This document shows positions 34,403 to 47,263 of a stretch of 64,000 bases of DNA, piece after piece. Under the pieces are notes generated by a model. The model did not search any database. It had not been told where the DNA came from and saw only the letters and a list, made by a program, of their open reading frames with translations. A program made the translations under genes and the position numbers. The stretch is taken from positions 2,170,001 to 2,234,000 of the forward strand of contig OZ374565.1 of NCBI GenBank assembly GCA_977862235.1, given 5' to 3'. The stretch comes from Dudresnaya verticillata (taxonomy: Eukaryota). Numbering within the stretch: the first letter of the stretch is position 1; each line of letters begins with the position of its first letter.

Positions 34403-35843
34403 GAGCGGGACATGGCGTGGGTCTCGAACCTCAGGTTGTTGTTTATTTGCAGCTTGATGGTGGGGATAGGCTGAACGCATTACCCTTAGGGTACGGTGTT
34501 CACCGTTGGACAAGTTTGTAACATAGCAGTAAGTGCTGTGCTTTTACGGTGTGCACGACGCGCAAAGATGGCCCTCAGTGCAGATATCGATAAGCGCGCG
34601 CGCTTTCTCTCTCTGCGCACGGCTCGCACAGAGTGTTGGGGCAGGGAGCGCTGCACGTCTGCAAAAGCGGCACCGCCGCCGGCGAGAACAAGGTCTTTTT
34701 CCGTGTCGTTGGACTCGCGAACGACTCGCCTGCCTCGAGGTACGTTGCAGTAATGCAAACGTGGTAAATATGGTCTCTCGCCTGCGCAATTCACGCTGGC
34801 GCTGGGTGATGCGGGCGGGCACAGCGCCAACAAGCACGGCAGGCCATAGCCTCTCGTGAGAGTGCTTTATACGTGTTGTTGGAATGAAAGGCACGACTGC
34901 CACGCCGCCGCCGAAGAGCTACTTGACCCGTGAGTGCTGGGGAGAAGCGCGGTTTTGAGTTGGTCAAAGCCCAAGGTAGTGCGGACTGATTGGTTTAGTC
35001 CATCCCCCCGCAATGGAAGACTCAAGTTGATCGTGCGCTTGTTGAATCAAGGCTTTGCTTCGGAACGCGGAAGCCTTTCAACAAGTCATCTTGTGCGGAA
35101 CTACGCACCTGTTGCACGGTTTGTAGTTTCAACAGGAATGCCTCGATTAACCTTCAACTCGCGTGAGAGAATACTATCGGCAGGTTGTGGCCCTGGCACG
35201 TTTGGAGAATTCAACAGATAGGCGCTAGTCCGTTGAAGAAGAAACCATCGCAGTCGGGGGAGGGTTAACAAGTGGATGAGAAAACGGCTTTGCTGCTCTC
35301 CTCGCGAGTTTCTATGGCCAAAGGCCAAGTACCGCTTTAAGGATGTTCAACACTTCTATTCGCTGTCAATGAGCTTTGAGTGTCGAAATCGAGTCTCAAC
35401 GGCGACGATGTCGACGGCGCAGCACGTGAGGCTTGAATGCTTTTCAGCAACTGTTGTTCTTGCACAACCCTTATCCAAACAATCAAACGCGCGGAGGCGC
35501 GTCAGCACAAGGCTGCACTACGACCCAGCGCGCCAACGTCCAAACGTTACGTACAAGTAGCTCCCACTGGATATACAAACGTTGATAAGGCCGCCCCGCC
35601 CGCTATAAATATATTCCGCGGCGCACGCAAGCCGTTGCCGCCGCGATCGGACGCTACCATTACCGAAAATGGGATTCGCGGCAGTCGACCGCGCGAGCAG
35701 CTTGCATATGTGCAACGCTCGACTCTGCACCCAGAGACCCCCGGAGAACGTCAACGTCGTCTAGCACCACGCGGAACCGCCACGGGACAAACAACCGGAA
35801 CGCCCCGCAAGCCAACTTGCCACAACACCACGCTTCCACCATC

Positions 35844-37991
35844 CTACGTCTTCTTCGCCACGCGCGCGGCCTTGCCAAGCGCCGGCACCAACCGGAGCAG
35901 AGTGCGCACCGCCGTCAAGTCGCCCCCGCCTTGGTCGGCCCTGACCGCATCGATGCAGCTTCTCACCAGCTTGCCGTACAAGAACTCGTCCATCCCACCG
36001 CCGAGCACGGTCACGCTGACCGCTGTAACAAACCGCCCGGACACGCGCTGCAGCACCGTCTTGCGCTCGTCCGCCACCACCAGCAGCACCTGCCCGTCCT
36101 CGACCATGCGCACCAAGCGCGTCACCACGCCCCACTTGCGCGCAAACCGCCCCACATCGCCCAGCAGCACCTCGCCGGCCGCTCCCAGCTGCAGCCGCAC
36201 GTCCACCGTGAACGGCTGGCTCTCCGTCACATCCGTGTAGTCGCCGTACTCGGCCTCGTGCAGCAGCTTGTTGAGGTTCATGCTCGCCGTGCTAAACCCG
36301 ACCGCGTCGCCGCGCGACACGCTCACGCTCCCGGTCTTCCGCGAGTACCCCACCTTGGTGTGCACCGCGTGCTTCAGCTTGAACAGAAGCTCGCCCACGG
36401 ACGCGCTCTCCGCCGACGCCTCGCCATCGTCCACCTCGCGGTTGAGCACGTGCACCACCTCTGCAATCGCACGTCGCGCTGGCCCGCCCACCTCGTCGAT
36501 CAGAATGCTCTTGCACTCGAGCGCGCGCCGCGACACCTGCTGACTCACGCGCGCCGCGTTGACCTTTTCGAAGAGCACGTCGCCATCGCAACGGGGCCGG
36601 AACAGCCGCCGCTCGACTGCCATAGCCCCTACTTGCTTGGTCACTTCTTCCAGCTGCTGCTGCGTCGCTTCAGTCGCGGTGTCGACATACAAAACTCGTT
36701 CGGGGTCGGCCGTGAGGCCTGGAAAGCGGTCGGTGATGGGCTTGCTCATGCCGATGGCCTTGGACAGCCCGGGCAAGCTTTCGAATCGGAACACTATGAG
36801 CGAGGCGGAGAGCCCCTGCAGGAGGGCCTCGCGCAGGATGGCGTCGTCCCAGGGCTCGGTGCGGTCGACGGATATCTCAAGGCACTTGATGCCTGCGCGG
36901 TTGACAAAGGTGCGGACATGGTCTGACAGGCGGCGTACTGTGGCGGTCAGCCCAGAACCCGGGACGGTGCTGACGACGGCACCGGTGGTAAGGTAGATGA
37001 TGCGCACGGTGCATACGTGGCGGTCGATGGCGTTGCGCAGTACGGACGCGACGTTCTGCGCGAAGAAGCGCGACAAGATGGTGGCGGAGACCGAGCGCGC
37101 AAAGGCGTCTGTGATCACGTCCGACACAACGTGCTTGAGAAAGCGCGGGCGGCCGTCCGGGTCCCGGTCCGGGTCGTCTGCGGTGGCGCGGAACGAGTTG
37201 GCCGCGACGACAGACCCCAAGTAGCGGTGCGGGTAGCCGAGGTCAGCCGTGGAGACGTCTGCGAGCGTCAGGGCCAGGCGGTCGCGCAGGCGGTCGAAGT
37301 ACGTGGCGGAGGACTCGGGCGACGCGGCGGCGGAGGCCGCGGAGGCCGCGGAGGCGCTCGGGCGGCGCGGCGCGTGCTTGCCGAGCGGCTTGTGGTGTTG
37401 GAGGTGCGCGTGGGTTGCGGGGACGACCGGTGCGCGCACGAGCGTGACGGAGAGCACGGGCGGGTGGGCCGGGTCGGGGCGCGGCGCGGCGGGGAGCGCC
37501 GCGACGAAGTGGAGCGCGGCGGTGAGGCAGGTTGCGAGGGCGTGGGCGTTGCGCAGCGTGTCGTGCGCGCAGCAGGCCGGGGTGAGGACTGCGCGGAAGC
37601 GGGACGTGCGCGGCGGGGCGGCGGCGGAGGCGGCGGCGTCCGGCGAGCAGTGCGGGATGGCGAGGACGAGGCGCGCGGCGGCGACGGGCGAGCGGAAGAC
37701 GAGCGCGAGCAGCTCGATGGCGAGCGCGAAGAGCGGCGGCGGGAGCGAGTCGAGAAGCGGGCGCGCGAGGTGACGCGCGCGGCGGAAGTGCGGGGCCTCT
37801 GGGGGGATTGCGTCGGTGATGAGGCGCGCGTGCAGGTCGGCGGCGTGCGAGGTGTGGTACCGGTGGAGGTGGGTTTGGAGGAGCGTGTGCAGGCGGGTTT
37901 GCTGTGGGAGGAGGTCGGAATCGTTGTCGATTTCCGTGCGCGAGAGCGAGAGCGCGGCGGAGAGGAGCGAGGGGGACGGGCGGAGAGACAT
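35844..37991 (-). CDS. hypothetical 715-aa protein, paralog of 32363-34402
   Basis: Long high-GC3 ORF; LIVFRFESLPGL, VTVLGGGMDEFLYGKLV, RTLLRLVP. Confidence 0.85.
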   Translation of the reverse strand: MSLRPSPSLLSAALSLSRTEIDNDSDLLPQQTRLHTLLQTHLHRYHTSHAADLHARLITDAIPPEAPHFRRARHLARPLLDSLPPPLFALAIELLALVFRSPVAAARLVLAIPHCSPDAAASAAAPPRTSRFRAVLTPACCAHDTLRNAHALATCLTAALHFVAALPAAPRPDPAHPPVLSVTLVRAPVVPATHAHLQHHKPLGKHAPRRPSASAASAASAAASPESSATYFDRLRDRLALTLADVSTADLGYPHRYLGSVVAANSFRATADDPDRDPDGRPRFLKHVVSDVITDAFARSVSATILSRFFAQNVASVLRNAIDRHVCTVRIIYLTTGAVVSTVPGSGLTATVRRLSDHVRTFVNRAGIKCLEISVDRTEPWDDAILREALLQGLSASLIVFRFESLPGLSKAIGMSKPITDRFPGLTADPERVLYVDTATEATQQQLEEVTKQVGAMAVERRLFRPRCDGDVLFEKVNAARVSQQVSRRALECKSILIDEVGGPARRAIAEVVHVLNREVDDGEASAESASVGELLFKLKHAVHTKVGYSRKTGSVSVSRGDAVGFSTASMNLNKLLHEAEYGDYTDVTESQPFTVDVRLQLGAAGEVLLGDVGRFARKWGVVTRLVRMVEDGQVLLVVADERKTVLQRVSGRFVTAVSVTVLGGGMDEFLYGKLVRSCIDAVRADQGGGDLTAVRTLLRLVPALGKAARVAKKT

Positions 37992-40079
37992 GTTTGGTTG
38001 CGGGAGGGTGGGCGGGCGGGAGGGAGGTGGTGCGGCGGGAAGGCGGGGCGGGAGTGTTGTTAAGTGCTTGCGTTGCTTTCAGTTGCGCGAGGTCGGAGTT
38101 GTCGCCGCTCTCTTCTGCACGTAGCGGCATCGCTACTGCACACGCGCTTGCTCGCTTGCTCGCGAGAGAGAGAGCGAGAGCGAGCGAGAGAGAGAGAGGG
38201 TAGCACCGGTCACCCTTGACAAGGCTGAACCGCGGCGCGCCGCTTGCGCCGCGCCGCGCCGCACTGCACCGCGCTCAGCTTGTGCGCCGCGTGCCTCGCG
38301 CGCATCTTGACGCTCGCCATCCGCTCCCTGCGCGGCTGCGCGAATGGATTCCCGCGGCGCGGCGCGCAGTACGGCAATAACGGTGTGGTGACAGCCTGCG
38401 CGCGCGCGGGGTGAGTCGCGAGTGCGTTGAATTGAACGTGTGCCGTTTTGGACAAGTTGTGCGCCTCGGACGCGCGAGTGATAGCTCTGCTTCGCATCGT
38501 TGGGGAGGCCTCAGAGCCGATGATGACGCTTCTCGAGCCGTTAAATTGTTTGTTCTCTGCGTCGGGCACTGTGGCAGAACGTTGCGTTGATGACGACGCG
38601 ATCATCACGCGATCGTGTTTGTGTTCGGAGCGGATGAGTCACTATGCGCACACAATTCCGCGCATCCATCAGCTCTTCGACGCAACTACAGAGCGACTAG
38701 TCTTTTTGAATTGTTAGGTATCCGTCTTGTTTCTCTTCTTTGCGAAGACGCCTCTATGGCTGGCGACATAAGTGTTACTTAGAAGGCGCACATTATAAAA
38801 CGAGCAACAGTGGCGCATGACATGTACGCAAGAAGCCTCTTGCTTCTTCAGAACCGTCCGCGGGATGGGACGCTACTTTAAAGCTAGGCACGGAGATGCA
38901 ACGGGAATGGAAGTTGCACCACTGTTGTTGATCTTCACTCTTGTTCTTCAATAAAGGTCGCTCTCTGTCTCTCTCTCTCTCTCTGTTGTTGAATCTGTGT
39001 GTGTACAACTCTGTCCACACTACGTCACATACGCTTTCCTGCCTTCCTTTGGCTTAATCCCATCTCTACGAGCCTTCAATAGCTCCCAAGGCGCCAGCAC
39101 TTTCGACCCCACGGAATGTCCACGTATGATATGAGATAGAAGTGAAGGGCAACTTAGCGTCGTTCTGCGGACTACCATCATACGAGTACCACAAACGTAA
39201 CGCATTAAACAACGCGTAGCATCCCTACATATTAGGTAGTCCCCATTAACGCAGCGCGCTATATAGAGGACAAGCACGCTTGAAACTTGAAAGAACACAA
39301 GCACAGATTGTTCAAAGTAAATCTTCACAACCTGCACTGCGCTACGACACTGGACCGCACATCATATCGCTCCGAGGCGTCACAGTTTTAATACAGAGCG
39401 GAGCACGCCTCCTGCGGCTAGCCTGTTGATTGGCACCAAGTGATCGCAGTAGCCTCCACGGGTAGTTTGGCCTACTCGATGGAGCGAACACTCACGCAAG
39501 TTTGTGCAAGTATGCTCAATTTAGGAACAACGGCCTACACCCAATATGTTTCTGGTGGAGCCTGCACTATCTTATTTTCACCGACATTATCCACAAACTC
39601 TACAGCTAACAGCGCCTAGCAGTCAACCAGAGCAGAATTCGCGCCTTGTGAGGACCCGTCGATACACCCCGGGCGTTTGGGGAGCCCATAGAGAGCCGGG
39701 AAAAAGTTACTCTACTGTTTATCTATGCTTCTGTCCAGATATGGATAGATATGCACTTGCATGTGCAAGTCTACTCCAAGTGCGGCGGCGCTACACTGCT
39801 GGAAGCATTTCAAAGTTGGAAGCTGCGTGTGAATTTGCCGGCTCAGCATTAGAGGATGAGTGCAAGGTTTTGGAAGATGGTGCGGAGGTCAACGATTTTG
39901 AAGATCTGTTTATGTTATGCTTGTTGTCGGGCGTTTGTATGATTGCTGTTTTGACTTGGCGCAAAATAGACTAGCACTAGAAGAGAAAGCAGCCGGTGTG
40001 GTGCAGAGTGCGTGGATTTCATAAATGACACGAGCTCCACAAGCAGGACGACAAGCCCGTTTACAGAGGACGTCTCATT

Positions 40080-40310
40080 TGATCGAGGCGCTCAGCGCAT
40101 GGCGAATTTCCTAGCAACTATGAAGTGTACTTCGCCGATATCTGAGAAACTATCTCTTCTCACCCACCTCACCTCTCTTGTACTTCAATCTGTCGCGGTG
40201 GCTGTTAACCGCCGTTTACTCTTCGACCGTCGCCTTTCAGATGAGTTTTAGGTAAGCCCCCTTACGGGCCTGTAGTCTTTCCTATGCGTAAAGGTCTCCA
40301 TCTCTCATTT
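40080..40310 (+). mobile_element. inverted short piece of the CRE-like element
   Basis: DRGAQRMANFLATMK...LLFDRRL, same text as 44491-44690 and 53769-53940 on the minus strand. Confidence 0.7.
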
Positions 40311-40759
40311 GCTCCATGAACACTGGGGAAAGAGTTTACTCTCGGCAATATCTGGTTTTGATGCAGTGACATCGGCAGCGGCACACCGTTCTATGCTTCG
40401 CGGGTCGTCATGCATGCTTATCGGTTGTTGGGGATGACGATAAGCACCTACAAGTCGATTTCAGGGTATGTGAGGCAATTAGTGGAACAGAAATTGAAGA
40501 AATGTGTGCTGGTCGATACCGTTCTTTATACTCGCCGTTGTGGAAAAGAAGGAAGAAACTGCAGCAATCATCGCTGACGCCAGTCGATCATTTTTCCTGA
40601 GATGGAAGCACCATGCTTTTCTATAAAAGAAAGGCCCAAGCCAATGTTTATTCCTCAACGCAACTATCAACCGCACCAAGTCTCTTCCGCGGAAATTAGT
40701 TCGAATCCCAAGCACACGTCGACAGCGCCTAATTCAAATAAGCCACACAGCAAAACAAT

Positions 40760-41314
40760 ATGAACAATGCTTATGTTAACATCGGCCACCCTCTATATCC
40801 CATTAGAATGCTGCAAGTGGAGCAGACTAGAGGGATTGCAAGTACGGGGGAGAAGATCCTACCAGCTGGAAGCAGGGCTGTGCTAACGCCTATAAACTTA
40901 AGTACTCCACAAACTGAGAATGGCGTACGAGGAAAACGAGATTACCTCAAGGAGTCAGAAAAATTCTGTTCTGGACAGGCACCACCGTTATGGGATGAAG
41001 ATCGCCATGGCAAGGCTCAAGCCGGCGACATGTTTATGTTTTGCCATAATGCGGGTGAAAACAACTTTGCGGAGATATTTAAAATTGTGGACAAGCTACC
41101 AAGTGAAGAAAGGCCTGCGCACTGGGATATACCACAGCACATCAACAGGGAAGTTCTTGTGTTGTCCAAGTATATGGGGTTCTGTACAGCAACAGATCTA
41201 GCTGAAGCTTGCGGGACTGTAAACACATTTGGAAGGATGGTCCTCCGCGGTACTACTCGGCGCCACCTTCTCCGCTCGCTTCCGTACAGTGTCGATGTGG
41301 AAGCTCCGCAATAG
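40760..41314 (+). CDS. 184-aa protein, possible EVE/ASCH (PUA-like) fold, copy 1
   Basis: Intact ORF conserved in both duplicate copies; TATAAAA at ~40622; LWDEDRHGKAQAGDMFMFCHN resembles the EVE-type GD-x-x-F-x-H motif. Fold call tentative. Confidence 0.8.
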   Translation: MNNAYVNIGHPLYPIRMLQVEQTRGIASTGEKILPAGSRAVLTPINLSTPQTENGVRGKRDYLKESEKFCSGQAPPLWDEDRHGKAQAGDMFMFCHNAGENNFAEIFKIVDKLPSEERPAHWDIPQHINREVLVLSKYMGFCTATDLAEACGTVNTFGRMVLRGTTRRHLLRSLPYSVDVEAPQ

Positions 41315-41689
41315 TTCGTATTCAAGACTTTTGGCCATGCAGGCCCACTAGTCGCATTAGATAGAGATTGTTCAACATAGAACGCAAAAACCTGGCGTAT
41401 GTTTTTCTTGCCAGCATTGCAACGTTTTACCTCTTGATTTTATACCATCTCCGTCGTAGAACTGCTAGAACAGATACTTGCCACGGCCCTCCCCTTCTTT
41501 TTGGCACGATGTATTGTTCCAGTTGTTTATTTTTCGGTGTTTAGCGTTTCCCTACTTGGGTAACGTGGCCCATCTGGATGCATACGAGCGATAGTCAGTG
41601 CTTTTGTGCTTGCAATAGGCATGACTTTGTCCGCATAAGCTCACCTTAAAAATTGCGTAACGTTTACCATCGCAGAACAGAACAGAATG

Positions 41690-42416
41690 TCACGCACACT
41701 TTGATTTGTTTATCTTTAGCCGTATGCGCACCCTAAAAGGGGGGAACATCACTTTAACCAAGGAGTAAAGGGGGGTCCCATAAGGGGACGGGACTACGAG
41801 GAAGGACTGGGGGCTATAAACACTTCCTCCTTGACTTGTTGGGTGCTGTCCTGTTTGTGCTGCAATGCGAAGACCTCTGCCCTTTTCTTCCACGAGAGAG
41901 AAAAGGGCGGAGCATTTATATTCTATTACGGAGCCGCTTGCTCCAAAGCTCCGAGCCTACTCTATGCGTTTGATAAAGAACAGCACTACTGCTGATTCTA
42001 AACGGTATGGATAAAGTAGCTGTTCTATTCTTAAACGGTATCTTCTACAGTAGCCCAAACCGCCATGCCCTCAGAACAATTACCCCCGGGGACATGGTAG
42101 TTCAAAACATCTATCTCCGGGGACAGGCTTGAAGATGTTACGTCTTCAACGGAAGAAGTCGTTCCTGCAACGGAACATCTTCTTGGATTAGAGTAGAGCT
42201 GACAATTCTAAATTGCATAACAAAAGCTTCAAGCTAGTAAGCCTGTAGTGCCACTTGGCAACGGTTCAAGCCTGTAGTGCCACTTGGCAACGGTTCAAGC
42301 CTGTAGTGCCACTTGGCAACGGTTCAAGCCTGTAGTGCCACTTGGCAACGGTTCAAGCCTGTAGTGCCACTTGGCAACGGTTCTCTACAGGGCGCTACTA
42401 CCGTAAACGGCAAAGG
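41690..42416. mobile_element. copy-1-specific insertion, LTR-like start with internal tandem repeat
   Basis: Absent from copy 2; flanked by GAATG direct repeats (41685-41689, 42417-42421); CTATAAA inside. Confidence 0.55.
42239..42383. repeat. perfect 29-bp tandem repeat x5
   Basis: AAGCCTGTAGTGCCACTTGGCAACGGTTC x5, no spacers, internal palindrome TGCCA-CT-TGGCA. Confidence 0.95.
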
Positions 42417-42644
42417 GAATGAACTCTCAAAATCGCAACTCCTTTGTGTGTTACTGATATCTCCGCAATTTCTGTGGTCCCCATCAAAACTTGTCTCTCC
42501 GAGACTTAAAGCATGTGGTGAGTGAGTTTGCTCAGAGTAGATACAGCGGGTTGCGACGAGATACATTTATTCGGACGGAGCAGTTTTGAGAGGAGTCCTA
42601 CCCCGAGCTCACCGCAATAACACGGCACAAGGTGCCTCGCTAGT

Positions 42645-42716
42645 GTGCGCTGGCTCATAGGCCTTTGTTGCCGATGCCAGCGCACTCAAAACCGTCCTAT
42701 AAAGTTTAATATCATT
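42645..42716 (+). mobile_element. 72-bp 3' tail insertion of the 11.7-kb non-LTR family
   Basis: Matches the reverse complement of ~11670-11745; TSD TCGCTAGT on both sides; absent from copy 2. Confidence 0.85.
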
Positions 42717-43379
42717 TCGCTAGTAACTGCTTTTGCATCTCGGCAGATCAGCGTAGTCTGAAGGGATGAAATTCCTTCCAGTCGGTGTTGATTCCTATGG
42801 CACCCTTAGCCCTGGTGTGCATCACATACTTCGGGAAATTGGCGGTACGCTTCTGACTACTGACTATGACTACCGAGGGAGCAATCCAGCGGATGAAATG
42901 CGAGTCCTTACTACGCCATTCAATTCTCATTTGCTTCGCGACAAAACATCTTTAGAAATTGATCGCCGTCGCCTTATCTGATCACTTGAACCAGTAGGCT
43001 AGTCTATGGGGCGACCTAGCGCCCTTCTCGCTCTTTGGAATAAAATTTCTTTCTCTCTCTCTCGTATGGGTCCCAGTAAAAACTCTGCAAACTCTCTTGT
43101 ATATCGTCTTCTATGGGGCTTTGAAGTGCTTGATGTGACACGTCTTGCTTCCATAAAGGTGTGATGTTGATAATGATGATGTAGAACTCCACGGAAATTG
43201 GTGTTATTGCCGCGTTGAAGGCAGGTAATTGCGGAATCTCAAGTTCATATCTTTCAGCATAATGGATGCAAATGTTTAGGTATGCCAAATGGAGGCACTG
43301 GCAACATCGTATAGAGAATGAAGTCAACATAGCAATAACTCAACTTACAAAGTTAGCTTCATTCGCAGCATCGAAACTA

Positions 43380-44398
43380 TGCTAACATGCAAAATATTCG
43401 TGGTGGTGCCTGCGCTGAGTAAATTCACATATTTAAACTATGAATGGTACGCTTGGTACCCACAGCTGAAAGCTGATGTCAATGGCTCGATGACGAACGA
43501 TGCATTCGTAGACTGCGCTTCAGTAAGGCAATTCTATTCTTTCCGAGCATCTATTTTGCGACAGACCTGAAACCGTTTCTCACTCATGTACTGACCCCAC
43601 CGGTCCCTCTTTTGTTTTTCTGCCAGCTGCCTTCGGGGGCCATGAGGAGTTTGTGAACGTCTGAAAAGTAAATGACACTCTTTATAGATGTAAAGCCTTC
43701 ATTCCTAACCGATGTCTTGATGAAATTAAAACTAAGAAAGACCATACACACGGTTGTTCTAAACAAAGAAAGGATAGACTTGATGGTCAATGGATAAGCA
43801 GAAGAAGGGTGGGAGGGAGGTGAAGAAAGGATAGACTTGCCGTCTCGTAGGGAGAGCGACCGGCGGTGGCTATATATACTGTAGCCACCATGTCGGGAGA
43901 GACCCCGAGTTGTACTTCGCAGATTATGTTCCCATTGCCAAGAACAATATGAACTCTGATCTCCGGCGCGCGCATGCATCTGTTGGAGTCCTTCAGATTC
44001 TGCTTGCGACAGATGACACAGATTCGTTGCAATTGAGTCCAAACTGGGAACTCAGCCTCATGCTACTCGATCGGGGTTTCGGACGCTCAGCCGAGTTCGC
44101 TATTCCCCGTAGTCATTATCTTTTCATCAGCGTAAATCATTGACACCATATGTATAGACGTCCTTCTTGGCGCTGGAGCGGAAATCAATGCCCTGACGGA
44201 CGACAACATAACCCCGCTGTGTCAGGCGGCAATGCGGATCACAAGATTTGTATCGAGGCCCTTTTCAACAGAGGAGCCGATGCCGCAGCCAAGAGTGCGG
44301 ACGATAAGACTCTGGAGTGCCGAACGGCTGATGTGACGAATAATGAGTATATTAAGTCTCTTCTCGCGGACGCGGCAACGAAGTGTCATAAGGTTTGA
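43380..44398 (+). pseudogene. ankyrin-repeat pseudogene interrupted by a solo-LTR-like insertion
   Basis: LKADVN; AAFGGHEEFVNV|LLGAGAEINALTDDNITPL; HKICIEALFNRGAD. Confidence 0.7.
43662..44126. mobile_element. solo-LTR-like element
   Basis: TGAAAAGTAAATGAC...GTCATTATCTTTTCA inverted termini (TG..CA), TATATA at ~43872; absent from copy 2; ACGTC repeated on the left and 31 bp beyond the right end. Confidence 0.6.
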
Positions 44399-44459
44399 GG
44401 ATACAAATTGCTGATGGAAAGTGCTACCCAAACGCAGCCCGAAGCTCTAGCCAGGAACC

Positions 44460-45600
44460 ATGAGATGGCGACCTTTATGCATAGGAAAGATTACAGCCCC
44501 ATAAGGCGGCCGAACTGAAACTCAACTGAAAGGCGACGGTCGAGGAGTGAACGGCGGTTAACAGCCACCGCGATATATTGAAGTATAAGAGAGGTGAGGT
44601 GGGTGAGAAGAGATAGTTTCTCAGCTATCGGCGAAGTACCCTTCATGGTAGCGAGGAAATTCGCCACTCGCTGAGCGCCTTGATCGAGCCCAGAACCAAT
44701 AGCTCCATAGATGTCCATTACCACATCACCATAGGATGGAGGTTTATCCTGTTTGTAGAACATAAGCGACGATAATGACGGGCTTTCGCTTGCTCGTGCC
44801 TGTGAATAGCTTGATGTTGAGAGCGAGGCGTATTGGAAATTGTAGTTGGATGGTGCGGAGTGTGAGGGTCACCGCAGAGACATCAAACGCTTGCGGGAGG
44901 GGGGCAAACGCAGGGTCATCGACATAGAGATCGATACGAGGATAGTCGCGTCGGTCTTCTGCCAAACAGTCTTCAGCACGTTGTAATTGACGGCCATCGC
45001 GACGCCTTTCTGAGGCTGTGAGTGCAGAAGACACCACAACGCGGGAATCCCCAGTCTCTTTTAGGTAAGAAACGTTACGTTCAAGCTGAACAGTAACGCC
45101 ATGGTTCCGAGCAGTATTACGAAGAAAGCCCCAAGTTGATTGCCGAGAGTATCACCGCGGCAAATGCTGCCATTTCGAGATCGACAGATTGTCGCATGGT
45201 GTCCAAAGATATCAAGGATTGGAACTTCGGGGGATGTGCCATGCATTACATGGAGACAAACAGGATATGGGCGATCACCACGGAAGAACACGACATCCAG
45301 TCTGAGTTTGAGCATGGTGAGCCATATTTCGGGTTGCACACGGGTAGAAGAAGATCCGTATGGGAGGGCACTGAAAGAGCGGCAAGAGTTCACAGTAGAG
45401 GTAGAATCAATCCGTACTCGGGCACGAGATCTATTCTGACCACTCCTCAGGGACGTGAGGTCGTTCAGTCGTGCCGCAATTTTCGTTGAATGTACGGAAG
45501 AAGATCTTGTGACATTGCGGGAACAACAGAATCGCCTAATGAGGATGCTTTCGATAAGATAGAAGAAACAGGGCAGTACTCACGATCTTCACGGAGTAGT
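44460..45600 (-). mobile_element. 3' fragment of a CRE/R2-like non-LTR retrotransposon (zinc knuckle + restriction-like endonuclease)
   Basis: SALP...LKLRL, C..LDIFGHHATIC knuckle, RIDLYV...AFDVS, MDIYGAIG; frameshifted. Confidence 0.75.
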
Positions 45601-47263
45601 TATTGTTCACGAATGTGATAAAGAGACGGGGCGACTAAATGGTGTAAAGTAGACATAGAAGTACCACAAACGTAACGCATTAAACAACGCGTAGCATCCC
45701 TACATATTAGGTAGTCCCCATTAACGCAGCGCGCTATATAGAGGACAAGCACGCTTGAAACTTGAAAGAACACAAGCACAGATTGTTCAAAGTAAATCTT
45801 CACAACCTGCACTGCGCTACGACACTGGACCGCACATCATATCGCTCCGAGGCGTCACAGTTTTAATACAGAGCGGAGCACGCCTCCTGCGGCTAGCCTG
45901 TTGATTGGCACCAAGTGATCGCAGTAGCCTCCACGGGTAGTTTGGCCTACTCGATGGAGCGAACACTCACGCAAGTTTGTGCAAGTATGCTCAATTTAGG
46001 AACAACGGCCTACACCCAATATGTTTCTGGTGGAGCCTGCACTATCTTATTTTCACCGACATTATCCACAAACTCTACAGCTAACAGCGCCTAGCAGTCA
46101 ACCGGAGCACAGTTAGTGCCTTATGAGGACCCGTCGATACACCCCGGGCGTTTGGGGAGCCCATAGAGAGCCGGGAAAAAGTTACTCTACCGTTCATCTA
46201 TGCTTCTCTCCAGATATGGATAGATATGCACTTGCATATGCATGTCTCCTCCAAGTGCGGCGGCGCTACACTGCTGGCAGCATTTCAAGGTTGGAAGCTG
46301 CGCGTGAATTTGCGCGCTCAGCATTAGAGGATAGAGTGCAATGTTTTGGAAGATGGTGCGGAGGTGTGATGGCTGGAGGGGACTCCGAGCCAGGTGACTT
46401 GCGGTAACCTACAGGGTGAAGGCAAAAGCTTCGGCTGCGATGCCGGGAGTTTAGTGAGAGTGATATCCGAGACGGTATAAGTACTACAGAACCGTGGAGG
46501 GAGAGCGACGGCGGCGAGTCCATGACACATGGCCACGTTGCCACGGGGCGGACGCCGTATCGGAGTTCTCAAAGAGGTGCAACGCCGTTCCGGTGAAATA
46601 GCCAAGCGCAGAGCTGGCTACAGGAGGTGAAGGATTTTGAAGCGTCTGTCTATGTTATGCTTGTTGTCGGGCGTTTGTATGATTGCTGTTTTTGGACTTG
46701 ACGCAATATCGACTAGCACTGGACTAGAGAAAGCACCCGGTGTGGTGCAGAGTGCATGAATTTCATAAATGACAGAAGCTCGACAAGCAGGACGACAAGC
46801 CCGAGGACGCCTCATTAGCTCCATGACCACTGGGGAAAGAGAATACTCTCGGCAATATCTGGTTTTGATGCAGTGACACCAGCCGCGGCACTCCGTGTTC
46901 CGTTCTATGCTTCGCGGGTCGTGATGCATGCTTATCGATTTTTGGGGATGACGATAAGCACTTACAAGTCGATTTCAGGGTCTGTGAGGCAATTAGTGGG
47001 ACAGAAATTGAAGAAGTCGATACCGTTCTTTATACTCGCCGTTGTGGAAAAGAAGGAAAAAACTGCAGCAATCATCGCTGACTCCAGTTGACCATTTTCC
47101 CTGCAATGGAAGTACCATGCTCTTCTATAAAAGAAGGGCCCAGACCAACCTTTATTCCTCAACGCAACTATCCACCGCACCAAGTCTCTTCCGCGGAAAT
47201 CAGTTCGAATCCCAAGCACTCGTCGAAAGCGCCTAACTCAAATAAGCCACGCAGCAAAACAAA

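Noticed and set aside
35437..38130. Long overlapping ORFs (267, 369, 348, 295 aa)
   Set aside because: Shadow frames of the GC-rich gene 35844-37991.
39020..39337. MQVVKIYFEQ... ORF repeated three times
   Set aside because: GTG start, differing ends, recurrence explained by the segmental duplication.
42239..42383. CRISPR array
   Set aside because: The 29-bp repeats are contiguous with no spacers and no cas genes are present.
44800..44860. Helitron/Pif1 helicase motif QFPIRLA
   Set aside because: It lies inside a region whose other motifs (zinc knuckle, RHD, endonuclease) indicate an RLE retrotransposon; no other helicase motifs.
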